This document shows positions 22,281 through 32,680 of a stretch of DNA of 37,156 bases, in pieces. Under the pieces are notes generated by a model. That model was not told the DNA's origin. It searched no databases and saw only the letters and a list, made by a program, of their open reading frames with translations. The position numbers and the translations under genes were made by a program. Source of the DNA: Octopus sinensis. Its lineage: Eukaryota. How positions within the stretch are numbered: the first letter of the stretch is position 1; each line of letters opens with the position of its first letter. The stretch spans positions 1 to 37,156 of the forward strand of contig NW_021836828.1 of NCBI RefSeq assembly GCF_006345805.1, written 5' to 3'.

Positions 22281-22648
22281 TTTCTTTATGCTGTCCCCGT
22301 CTCTTACCTTCCCTCCCCCTTATTCTGTCTCTTCTTTCTCTCTCTCGCTTCTTTGACACTATATTTGTTTTAGGTTAACATTATCAGTTGTCAGTGTCAC
22401 TGAAAGTTTTTTTTTTTTTTTGCACAACTATCTCTGTATCTATTGAGTGTGTGAGTGTATTTATGTAAGTATATGTATGAATATATCTATAGAATGTAGG
22501 TAACGTATGTATCTATGTAATAAGGGAGCGAAGGACAGCTCACTCACTTAATGTTGCGATGTCAAGCTGTAACGATGATAATCAAAACGTTGTCGACAAT
22601 GATGACGATGATGAATGTATGCAAACGCATGTATGTGTGTAAATATGC

Positions 22649-22649
<1 letters not shown>

Positions 22650-22713
<64 letters not shown>

Positions 22714-22730
22714 ACTCTCTCTCTCTCTCT
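22650..22730. repeat. compound (CT)n(CA)n(CT)n microsatellite
   Basis: Directly visible. Confidence 0.95.
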
Positions 22731-23047
22731 ATCGATCTATTTGCGCGCGCGCATATTTGGAGGAAGGAAAAAGAGGAAAAAAATATACAGACTGAAAGAA
22801 TACAGTCGTTTCAGATTTGAAACCTCAATGTCTCCCTGAATATTTTTTTCCTTGGCGATCTCTCAATACCGGAGGAACAGTATAGTACAGCTGACATATC
22901 TAGGCATCTAAATTACATTAAACAAAAAAGGCTTCGGGATCATTGGCAAAAACTCACCATTTTCAACACGCTACAACCTTTAGTCTATAATAAACATTCC
23001 GTCTATTCTGTCATTTCTAGTTAACCACAGAAGTGTGCCTAACCCAA

Positions 23048-23790
23048 CTTTGTTTCCTCATAACTTTCTGAAAAAGGAATACTTTTTTCGTAAATTCTTT
23101 TACAAATACGTTTCACTTTGTGTAGTTTACAATTATATTGGAATTTGTGGGGGGAAATAATTTCGGGGAGGGATAGGAGCGTTGGACAATTCATATGCCG
23201 CGACCTTGTTTCTTCATAATTTTCAGAAAATAGTTTGTTTGTTTTTTAATGAAAATTTCTACAAATACTTTTCAGATATTTTCTGCTTGGTTTTTCACTC
23301 TTCAATTCCTTCAATTTTGTTTCAAGTGTTTCAAGTGTTTTCAAATTTGGTGTATTGATGTAGTTTTGCATGCTAATTATGGAAATGAAATTTATTTTTG
23401 CCATAAATTAATTAATAAAAAGTTAACAGCTCTTAAAGTTTGCAAATTTTGGGTAATTTTAGCCAATCGATTTAATACTGATATAATTGTGTAGATTATA
23501 TCGGTATTCGATGTGTGAAAAAAAAATGGCGGGCACGGATATTTCCTGCATCTCGACTTTGTTTCCTTATACGTTTAAATGTGTAGATTTTTTTTAAATG
23601 TATGAAGAAACAAAATCGAAAGGTGTGAATTACCTGAAACACCTGTTCTCCTCCTCTCAAAAAAAAAAGTTTTTTTCCACGATAACTACTGATATAATCG
23701 CAATGTACACCATCTGAAAAGTGCTTGTAGAAAATTTCATGATAAAATATTCATTTTTCATAAAGTTATGAAGAAACAAAATCAGAGTAG
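23048..23790. mobile_element. degenerate foldback-like element with modular inverted repeats
   Basis: Module 'ttgtttcttcataactttc(a/t)gaaaa...aatgaaa.tttctacaaatac.tttca' occurs direct at ~23048 and ~23206 and inverted at ~23600 and ~23712-23781; the same module is at 27195 and 27340. Confidence 0.5.
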
Positions 23791-24192
23791 CACACGTGCA
23801 GTTGTTCCTCGTTTTTACCTTTACTGCAACGGTTTCTACTTTCTGAACTTACCAGTGGCCTACCACATCCACTCAGCCTCCCTCTCCTCTTCTCATCATC
23901 TATACCGTATCTCCCCTATCTGCAAACCTCACAGTTAACTATAAACAATCCTTCACTTCTTGAGTGAGATATTTCTAGAAACAATTTCCTACCCTCGTAA
24001 TTTTCCTGAAGGATTTCAGTTTACAGTTACACAAACTGAACATCAGCCGTTTTAATATCACAGTCCAGAGAAGTCATGAGCGCCGATTCTTCCGTCTGAT
24101 TGAATATTGAACTAACTTTTCTTTCCGCATTGGTTCTTTCACATGAATAAAAAATGTGATCTGTTTTGATTTTCTTTGATAGATTTTAGAGT

Positions 24193-24354
24193 TCTGTCTA
24201 ACAAATCAATTAGTAGTCTCTACGTCTGTCTAACAAATCAATTAGCAATCTCTACATCTGTCTAACAAATCAATTAGCAGTCTCTACGTCTGTCTAACAA
24301 ATCAATTAGCAGTCTCTACGTCTGTCTAACAAATCAATTAGCAGTCTCTACGTC
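24193..24354. repeat. minisatellite, 5 x 32 bp
   Basis: Unit tctgtctaacaaatcaattagcagtctctacg, head-to-tail with no spacers and only a few substitutions. Confidence 0.95.
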
Positions 24355-24699
24355 GTGGTACCCATTTTATAGTTAGATAGATTGAAACCGTAATAATTAG
24401 GTATGTAATGTAAATAAGGCAACAAATTTTAATTATTCTGATATTAAACCCGAAATGAATAAAAAAAAAAAGAAAAACAATATTCTTTAGTTCTCGTCCA
24501 GAAATATTCAACGGTGCCCTTTACATTTAAGTCGATGGTAGCTTAGTTCAGATAGTGCGCTGTTGGTGGTTTGTCACCGTTGCAGTGATGTCAACCTTTA
24601 CCCAGCATCGACATTCTCATAATGACCATTATATTATATTTTCAAAAATAATGTAATCTGAGCTACAAAGATTTAAAGTGGCTTTTGAGGGCAATGTGT

Positions 24700-25070
24700 G
24701 GTTCTACTTGTTTCTTAACGGTAGAAGACAAGGTTGAAACCCTCTTCCAAACGTATCACGTTTGACATGGGAAAATACCCAAGGAATCTCTTTTACGAGA
24801 ATATATAGTTAAGTGTCGTCTAGCGTTAGACAAAAAAAATTTTTTAGTCAATTAAAACAACTGTATCAAAGAGTAAAAAGAAAAAAAAATTGTCACGAAA
24901 GGCAAGGCTGGACAGCTACAAAAAATATATTTACAGTAGTGAGTCCGATGTCTAAAAATATGGTCACAATGTCGAATTTAGTTTAATCATTAAGGACAAA
25001 GGATAATGATTTTGAGTAGGAGGAGGGGAAGAAAAATCTTCATTGATAATAAATCAATTGAAAATGTATG
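24700..25070 (+). pseudogene. possible very old RTE 3' remnant
   Basis: MGKYPRNLFYE and RCLKIWSQCRI*FNH* resemble the RTE 'R.PK.LFY.EL' and terminal zinc-finger 'C.SRIGL.SH' motifs; weak. Confidence 0.3.
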
Positions 25071-25174
25071 TATAGTACATAGTTAAGAAGGGATTAACGT
25101 ATTTAAATGATTTTCAATCGATTACGGGTTAATGTTCTAAAACATCATGGTTGAAAAGATTGATTCCTGATTTA

Positions 25175-25370
25175 GGCACAAAGCCAGCAATCTTGAGAGG
25201 AAGGGGGTTTAGTCGGTGCTATCGATCTCATTACTTCATTGTTTTATCGACTGCGAAAGGACGAAAGGTAGAACTGATCTCAGCAGGATTTGAACGCAGA
25301 ACGTTACAGAGCCGGAAGAAATGCCGCAAAGCATTTTGTCCGACACTCCCAACTATTCTGGCAGCTCGTA
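25175..25370 (-). mobile_element. SINE family A, older copy
   Basis: 'ttttatcgactgcgaaaggacgaaagg...ggatttgaacgcagaacg...gcattttgtccgac'. Confidence 0.7.
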
Positions 25371-25589
25371 GATAATGCAGTGTGTATGGAGTGGTGGGGA
25401 ATGATAATTGACAAGGGATGCTCTTGCCTTCAGTATCATTGCTCATACCTCTCCTTATCAGGGTTGAGCTCTGCCTAAGCTAAACACCTCACGCACTCGT
25501 CTCGATCTCTTATTCTTTCAGTCACTCACTTAAACTGTATGAACGAGGTTTATACAGTGCTATCTCTTTTTAAGGCGTCTCGCTATACC

Positions 25590-25817
25590 TATTTCTTTAT
25601 TACCCACAAGGGGCTAAACATAGAGGGGACAAACAAGGACAGACATAGGTATTAAGTCGATTACATCGACCCCAGTGCGTAACTGGTACTTAATTAATCG
25701 ACCCCGAAAGGATGAAAGGCAAAGTCAACCTCGGCGGAATTTGAACTCACAACGTAACGACAGGCGAAATACCGCTAAGCATTTCATCCGGCGTGCTAAC
25801 GTTTCTGCCAGCTCGCC
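25590..25817 (-). mobile_element. young full-length SINE family A with perfect 15-bp TSD
   Basis: TSD gcgtctcgctatacc at 25575-25589 and 25818-25832; CpGs intact; tail ...cccttgtgggtaataaagaaata. Confidence 0.92.
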
Positions 25818-26019
25818 GCGTCTCGCTATACCGCATCCCCGCGGGTAGTTTGATGGACCCCAAATAATTTGAAGCAGAATTTCCCTCATTATCGCTCATA
25901 ACTTGCAAGAACCTTGATTAAAAGTAGAATTTCAACGAAATACCTTAATCAACAGCTTGAAAATATTGCAATCGGTGCAATATATGTTTTGTGTGCATAA
26001 TTTCTTTGATTTTTTGACC

Positions 26020-26985
26020 CGTGAGCGCTTTTGACAGTTTGAAGAAGCTTCCGCCAATCAAAAGGTTCGAATGAGTTACACAGATTAATATTTAAAGAAA
26101 GTAATTAACATGGAGGTGGGATGGCTGAGGCTTATTCGAACGTCAGTGAATTAGAGGTGGAGTATTCGGAACTATCGTCGTCTGAAGAGGAGCTGGTAGA
26201 AGCTGTACAGAAGATGGACAAGGTTATAAAAAGTTTTGCGGAGGTGCAGAAGAAAGAAGTAAGCCTCAAAAATTAAAAAAGTTTTGAGAAAATGTTGAAA
26301 AAAGGTGGTGACGTGAAATTGTAACCAGCACAAGACATGCTAAAGAAAATGGAGAAGAAAAAGATTGTTGTATAAAGTTTATTCTATCAAGGAGAAAAGA
26401 TTAGAAAATGAACCGACAGACAAAGTTGAAAAGGCGTTGAGGCCAATCTGGCAAGATATAGTGTATCTTGCCAGAGGAAGCCAATACGGCACTGTTGAGG
26501 TATATTTAAGAACGAAGAAAAAGCGAAAGAAAACTGTAAAATCGATGAAAACGGAAAGGGTAATCCTTCTACCCGCATACCTTGGAAGAAGAACTTCTAT
26601 GGTCAGGGTGGAGGGAATCCCCCTAAAATGGACGTGGTTTGGGTGGCAGCGGCTGTGCTTCTAGGGAGCGAGAAAGGTCGCCGTACTCCAAGCCACAGAG
26701 ACTCCAAAGATGGCGTGGAATACAGAGAAATGGTATGCGACATAAAGAACGTACCGGACGGAATAGAATATGATAAATTAGTGGGTCAGTATGGGATTAA
26801 TTTTAATTGGATATGAAAGGACGTAAAGGATGCTGCTGAGGTGGGGGTCTGTGGCACATTCTTCATATATCCTTATCATTTATCATTCATATTTTCATAA
26901 TTTTATTTTAATTGTTTTATGTCCCCACATGTCTTGTGTTGTCCATTTTGTGTTTGGTCCTTGTGGCTGGAAATAAAATTCATTA
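26020..26985 (+). mobile_element. internally deleted LINE (L1/Tx1-like): decayed ORF1 joined to a 3' UTR
   Basis: From ATG 26121 MAEAYSNVSELEVEYSELSSSEEE... then LYKVYSIKEK..VYLARGSQYGTVEVYL..LLPAYLGRRTSMVRVEGIP/MDVVWVAAAV (RRM-like ORF1 pattern, stops and frameshifts); T-rich 3' end with AATAAA at ~26972. Clade call tentative; boundaries approximate. Confidence 0.6.
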
Positions 26986-27046
26986 CAATTTCAAGATATC
27001 TTGTTAGATATTAAAAAAAAAATAAAAATTACCGTATGAATACACA

Positions 27047-27158
27047 ATGCCTAAGAGAAAATCTTAATCTGTAAAGGAAAAGTTAAATTTGGTTGACCGC
27101 ATACGAAATGGCGAAATCAAAGCCAAGCTATCGAGAGACTGGTGTTCCAGAATCCACA
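27047..27158 (+). pseudogene. pogo/Tigger transposase N-terminal HTH (psq/CENP-B type), part 1
   Basis: MPKRKS*SVKEKLNLVDRIRNGEIKAKLSRD(frameshift)GVPEST. Confidence 0.8.
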
Positions 27159-27159
27159 G

Positions 27160-28050
27160 ATTTCTCCCCCCCCCACTCCCCGACTTTGGATGATCATAAC
27201 TTTCAGAAAAATGGATATATTTTTAATGAAATTTTCTACGAATGTGTTATATCATGTAGATTCTGAATATACAAAATTTTTTGGGGGTGGGTGAGTGTTT
27301 TATGAGGGAGTCGGGTAGGGAATTTCAGAAAATTCACCGGATATTTTTAAATGAAATTCTCTACAAATAAACCTTGGACTATGTAGATTCCGAGGACAAT
27401 AGGAATTTGGGGGGAAAACAATTGGGGGTTATTTTTGAGAACCGTTTCCTACTCGCGGGTGTTTCTGAGCAAGTCCATATTTGTATAGAATTTCATTTAA
27501 AAATATTCATTTTCTTGAGAGTTAAGACGAATTGAAGTGGACTCTGGTGAACTTTCCGAAATTCTCCGCCCCACCCCCAAAATTAGACCGAATCCTAATA
27601 TGCCACATATTTTATGCACTTCAGAAATAACTCCTGGTGGACAAGGAGCTTTCACAATCTTCATATTTTTAACTACTGTGAAGAAGAATGGTTGGACCCT
27701 CATTTATGTTCATATTAGGTCAGCTCTCTCACATTTAGTTGCCTTTCATATTTGCAAGCCGTTCATTTTTCACTTTTAGATATCGGGATGAGGTGGCGAG
27801 GGGTGTATGAATCAATTTTGGAGTTTCCTCATAGAAAATATGAAATTATCCCCCCCCCCATATTCTTAATCTCCATATTTTCCCACGTAGATTGAAAAAA
27901 AAAAAAATTCGAAAAAAAGTTAAAACTTAAAAATTTGGGGTGAGGAGGGGGAATTGAAAATTTTGGCATATTCAGAATCTCCATCATCGAAAACATAAGA
28001 ATCCGCTGATTTTTTTTTTTTAAGAGGTTGATTTTTTTTTCGTGCCGGTG
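27160..28050. mobile_element. degenerate insert related to the 23048-23790 element
   Basis: Shares the 'cataactttcagaaaaa...aatgaaattttctac' module; G-runs on the left mirrored by C-runs on the right. Confidence 0.45.
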
Positions 28051-28067
28051 TGACTTGTAAACATTAA

Positions 28068-28238
28068 CTGCGGTATTTCGTCTGTCTTTACGTTAGGAGT
28101 TCAAATTCCACCGAGGTCGACTTTGCCTTTCATCCTTACGGGATCGATAAAGGAAGTACCAGTTGCATAATAGGGTAGATCTAATCAACTGGCCCCCCAC
28201 CCTAAAAACTTCTGGCCTTGTGCCTAGAGTAGAAAAGA
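28068..28238 (+). mobile_element. 5'-truncated SINE family A
   Basis: 'gcggtatttcgtctgtc...gagttcaaattccaccgaggtcgactttgcc...ggccttgtgcctagagtagaaaaga'. Confidence 0.8.
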
Positions 28239-28300
28239 GTCCACCCTGTGTGGTTGGGTTAAGGAAGGGACTAACCTCAGGAGGTTATGTAAATACAATT
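28237..28300 (+). pseudogene. pogo/Tigger transposase N-terminal HTH, part 2
   Basis: ESTLCGWVKEGTNLRRLCKY continues the GVPEST-L-x-x-W-x-K recognition helix from part 1. Confidence 0.7.
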
Positions 28301-29304
28301 GGTATTGTATAATAAATGTTAAACTTGATTGAATAAGTTTTTTTTTTCTTTCATGCACTTTACTAATCAAATCAAATATCTCATTTTCTTCTATTATTGC
28401 CTGCACCTCCGCTTATCCGTGAATCTGCAACCTGGATAAGAACTCAGTTGGTTTTCTTGGACTCCATTACCTGCGTTATAGAGAAGAGAGCACTGTATTT
28501 TGTAGTACAACTTAAAATAAGCGGGAAATTAGAAACATGTGGAATGAAATCGGTCGGAAAATGTCTGAGTGGGGTGAATATGTGTTTGTACAATGAATGT
28601 GTGTATTCGTGTGAATGAATATGAGATTGTGGGAGAGTTGTATGTATATAAGTATGTGGATGTATGTGTGAGTGTGTATGTATGTATATATATATATGTG
28701 TGTGATTATTTAAATGTGTGTAAGTCCCTTATCTGAAGCTTTATTTCACTTAAGGCAAAAGGATTATAAACACTAAGTTTGATTCCCAGAAACTTTTTCC
28801 TTTTTTCTTTTTATTTTCAACTGACTTTTAAATCCACCTTTGTTTTCCACAATCTTACCTGAGTGCCTGTCAGTCTCTATTCAACCTATGTACGTGTGAC
28901 TAATTTATGTATGCGTATACATGTATATATGTGCGAATAAGTACTTACATTTGTGTACATATTCATGTATGTATGTATGCGTATGCTATATGAACGTACA
29001 CGTACGCATAAATATGTGTTGTAACACAAAACATTCACACACAGTTGTTACTTCATATACTTATATATAAATATATTACATTCAATACATACATACATAC
29101 ATACATACATAAAATCTGTTGCTTTCATAAATTATCTAATCCATGTTTAAGTGCGGTTTAACATAGTTAATATGGGGAGCTTAATGTTTTGCTCACAACA
29201 CTTAGTAAGTCAGCTTGCATTTAACTTTATACTGTTCATGCAGAAGGCAGCCCTGAGAAATTCTCCAACGTTGTTATCTAATCGTGGGTCATGGATTTCG
29301 CAAT

Positions 29305-29816
29305 ATCTGTTCTCTCTTCCTCTCTCCTTCTGTAACCTCTCACTTTCCTTCCATCTGTCTTCGCTCTCTTTCTTTCTCTCTCCCCGCACTCCTCTCCTTT
29401 CTATGTTTTCTGTTTTTCTTCATCTCTTCCTCGCCATCGTCTCTTTCTTTTTCCTTTTCTCATGCCTCTCTCTCGCTCCAATTCTTACCTATATTTTCTT
29501 TTTAACATTTTCTCTCCCTCTTTCTTCTCTACTTGCTTCCCTTCGATACAATTTTTCCTTTGCTGGTTTCCCTTCATTACAATTTTTACCTTCTCTCTCC
29601 CCCTCTCTTCCCCACTGTCTTACAGTTATATTGTTCTTTTTTTCATTTATTCTTTCATAATTTCATTCATTCTCATCCTCATTGAATTTTCCTAAATATG
29701 TCCTCATTCATTCAGTTTATTTATAATCCTTCATTTAATGTCCAAACCTTTGCTTACTCATCCAATATCTTAATCTCATACGAACACTTTTTCATCACAC
29801 ATCTCTCCCTCTCTCG

Positions 29817-29887
<71 letters not shown>

Positions 29888-30212
29888 TTTCCTCATATTC
29901 TTGAAACTTTTTTTCCCATTTGGTCTCAATTTTCAATTCTTCTCCCTTTGTCCAGTATTAAACAAACTATCCTGTCTGTCTGTCAGCTTCTCTCTCCAAT
30001 TGCCAAGATCTCAGCCTTTCTCAATGTCACTCCGTCTCTTTCTCACGTTCTTTTTTTTTCTTATTTTTGAGACATACTAATTACTGTCTTTCACTCAGTG
30101 AATGTGTAGCTATATGTGTTTGTGTGTGTGTGTGTCTGCATGTGGTGTCACCTATCCACTATCCCTCTCTCTATCTTTCTCTATTTGTCTAGCTTATCTG
30201 TCTGTCTGCCTG

Positions 30213-30258
<46 letters not shown>

Positions 30259-30260
30259 GT
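29305..30260. repeat. pyrimidine-rich region with (CA)n at 29819-29887 and (CT)n at 30215-30256
   Basis: Directly visible; it explains the F/L/S-rich ORFs such as 29151..29660. Confidence 0.85.
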
Positions 30261-30936
30261 CTATACTTATAACTTTGTAACTATCTGTATTTTCTGAATT
30301 GCTCATATCTTTTCTTGCTAATCCTACATTGTTCTTTTTCCTGACATTTATCCATTAACCTCTTAATCCGCTCTGATAACCACTAAATACCATTGACTAA
30401 ATGATTCACACACACATACACACACACACACACACAGATAAGTCTTGCATGAAAACAAACTTGTTAGATTAGGTAAACGGCGCTCTCCCCCCCTCTTCTC
30501 ACACGCACATACACATAATACTGTTGTCAGCTAGAAATAGCAGTCAAAATTCTCTCTCCTCACCCTACTGTTTTAAGAAAAGAATACCTTAGGTAACGTA
30601 GTTCTATACACTCTTAATAAAAATTAGAAAATGACAGGGTGATCATAGCTGGAACAGCATAGATTTGCTAGATCTAGGTTATGCATGCACACACACATGA
30701 AATCAGATCTATTTCGTGCAAAAAAAAAAAAAAATTAGACATTTAACCAGCTAATTAATCAATGAACTAATAAGTTAGGTAGTTGATCTGATGAAAAAAG
30801 ATCACTAATTTACTGATTGGCTTTCTGCCTACCTTAGCTGGTGGATTGACAAAATAGAGTATCAGACATTCCTTGTAGTATTTGTTTCAGCCCTTTGCTT
30901 TCTGAAGTTTTGGGATGGTTAATCCATTGTTTTGTT

Positions 30937-30998
30937 TAATTCCAACACCTGACTCCTGGGTGGAGTTTAATACCAACACCTAACTCCTGGGTGGAGTT
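30937..30998. repeat. 31-bp tandem duplication
   Basis: taat(t/a)ccaacacct(g/a)actcctgggtggagtt x2. Confidence 0.9.
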
Positions 30999-30999
30999 C

Positions 31000-31325
31000 A
31001 GTAGAGTTACAGACATTCAGACAATGTCTTCTGTTTGATGCCAAAGGATGGCTTCCCTCTTTCTTCAGAGGCTCTGGAGAGGGTGGGGAATGATATAAGG
31101 GATAAGCGGTCTCTTATTTTACATATTGCACCTCCTAATCGGTTGGAGTCCCTGATAGTTAATCGGAAGGCATGAATGTCCATATCTGGTGCTGGAGTAG
31201 CGCACTTTGAAACCAAACTCAAGGACTGTATGAAGAGAGGAGACATCATCATCAACTCCCTGCAGCTGTTGTTCGGGGTCACTTTCAGCGTTATCTTCAA
31301 TCCACAGGATCTGCCTATTTATTAT
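31000..31325 (+). pseudogene. 3' end of an RTE-clade LINE, decayed
   Basis: DNVFCLMPKDGFP..DKRSLILHIAPPNRLESLIVNRKA*MSISGAGVAHFETK matches the RTE C-terminal pattern (GHV.RM...R.P, E.LA.NR.AWR....GV..FE); ends in a short ATT tail. Confidence 0.6.
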
Positions 31326-31387
31326 TGATCTTGTCAGCTATGTCTACTCCCATGAAAAGCAATGTGCTGGAGGCAGAATATGATCAA

Positions 31388-31749
31388 GGCATAGGAGTGG
31401 CTGTGTGGTAAGTAGCTTGCTTACGAACCACATGGTTCCAGGTTCAGTCCCCACTGTGTGGCACCTTGAGCAAGTGTCTTCTACTATAGCCTCGGGCCGA
31501 CCAAAGCCTTGTGAGTGGATTTGGTAGACGGAAACTGAAAGAAGCCCATCGTATATATGTATATCTGTGTGTGTGTGTATGTTTGTCCTCCCAACATCGC
31601 TTGACAACCAATGCTGGTGTGTTTACGTCCCCATAACTTAACAGTTTGGTAAAAGAGACCAATAGAATAAGTCCTGGGATTGATTTGCTCGACTAAAAGC
31701 AGTGCTCCAGCATGGCCACAGTCACATGACTGAAACAAGTAAAAGAGTA
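31388..31749 (+). mobile_element. full-length SINE family B
   Basis: Near-consensus head and body, tail 'tgactgaaacaagtaaaagagtaa'. Confidence 0.9.
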
Positions 31750-32242
31750 ATGTCATAAGCAAAAGACCCTTGCATTCCCTAAGAAAGAAACAAAAAATTG
31801 GTAGCAGCTATGATTAATTTTTCAAGATCTCTATGAATGTGAATGCTTGCAACAAAGGGGACTTAACTAAAGTCACTCAGGAAATTGGGTGGTGGACTAA
31901 GTCTATACCCAGGGACCATGTGGTGATGTTAAACTGGTCAATGGGATTGATTGAATCCACTATCCAAGAACAGAAACAGGCTTATTAAACAGTTTCCATC
32001 TACCAAAGTTCATTTATAAAGTATTGTATGACCTGAAGCTATGGTTGAAACATCTGACAAAGGTGCCATACAATGGAATTGAAATGAAAATCATGTAGTT
32101 AAAAGCAAACATAATCTCACAGCTATATCTATGTCCACCAATGGAACCCTGGCTAAATAGCTAGTCTATTGCCTGATTAGTTAAATAACTAATAAGTGTA
32201 GGTAACTGATTGATAGATTGATTGATTATCTGGCTAAGTTGA

Positions 32243-32680
32243 TTAACTCTTTTATTACTATATTTCTGTTGAAATATACTTTGTTTTGGTTACTTTTGAA
32301 AATAATAAAGAAAGTAGTGAAATGACTTTATCGTTACTTAGTGTTTGAAACATAAATTAACATGAAACTTCGATAGAAGGATTTACTTTAGATCAGAACT
32401 AAAGATGATCTCACACAGTTTGGTATCAGGAGGATTAAGACAAACCTGATGAAAGAGCTGGAAGCAAGATCATATTACTAGGATATTTCTGTTGAAATAT
32501 ACTGCAGTTTTTTCGATTAATTTTGAAAATAATGGAGAATTTAGTAAAATAACTGCTGGTATTTGAAACAACTTAATAGGAAATTTTTACATGAGGTTTT
32601 AATTTAGATAATTTTAAAACAGGAAGTTTGTATCATTGAACTAAGGGAAGGCTCAAGTAGGTTATCATGAAAATGTTTAA
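32243..32680 (-). mobile_element. two degenerate piggyBac-like MITEs (related to 1423-1636)
   Basis: Two tandem diverged copies of 'tatttctgttgaaatatact...ttttgaaaataat..agaa..tagt.aaat.act', the reverse complement of the 1423-1636 type. Confidence 0.5.

Larger units (their letters stand above)
25555..28495 (+). mobile_element. internally deleted pogo/Tigger DNA transposon with nested insertions
   Basis: TA TSD on both sides; TIRs CAGTGCTATCTCTTTTTAAGGC vs (rc) CAGTGCTCTCTTCTCTATAACGC; contains a split transposase N-terminus. Confidence 0.75.

Noticed and set aside
24193-24354. 32-bp repeats as a CRISPR array
   Set aside because: Units are directly adjacent with no spacers, there are no cas genes, and the context is eukaryotic.
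29151-29660. 169-aa hydrophobic ORF as a membrane protein
   Set aside because: F/L/S-rich translation of a CT-rich tract that lacks stops by composition; overlapping ORFs occur in all three frames.
31007-31300. 97-aa minus-strand ORF as a real gene
   Set aside because: It is the antisense shadow of a decayed plus-strand RTE C-terminus.
31344-31762. Similar short ORFs recurring at 9858, 14894, 31444 and 34215 (LPKVPRSGTEPRTMW) as a small gene family
   Set aside because: All are antisense translations of SINE family B copies.
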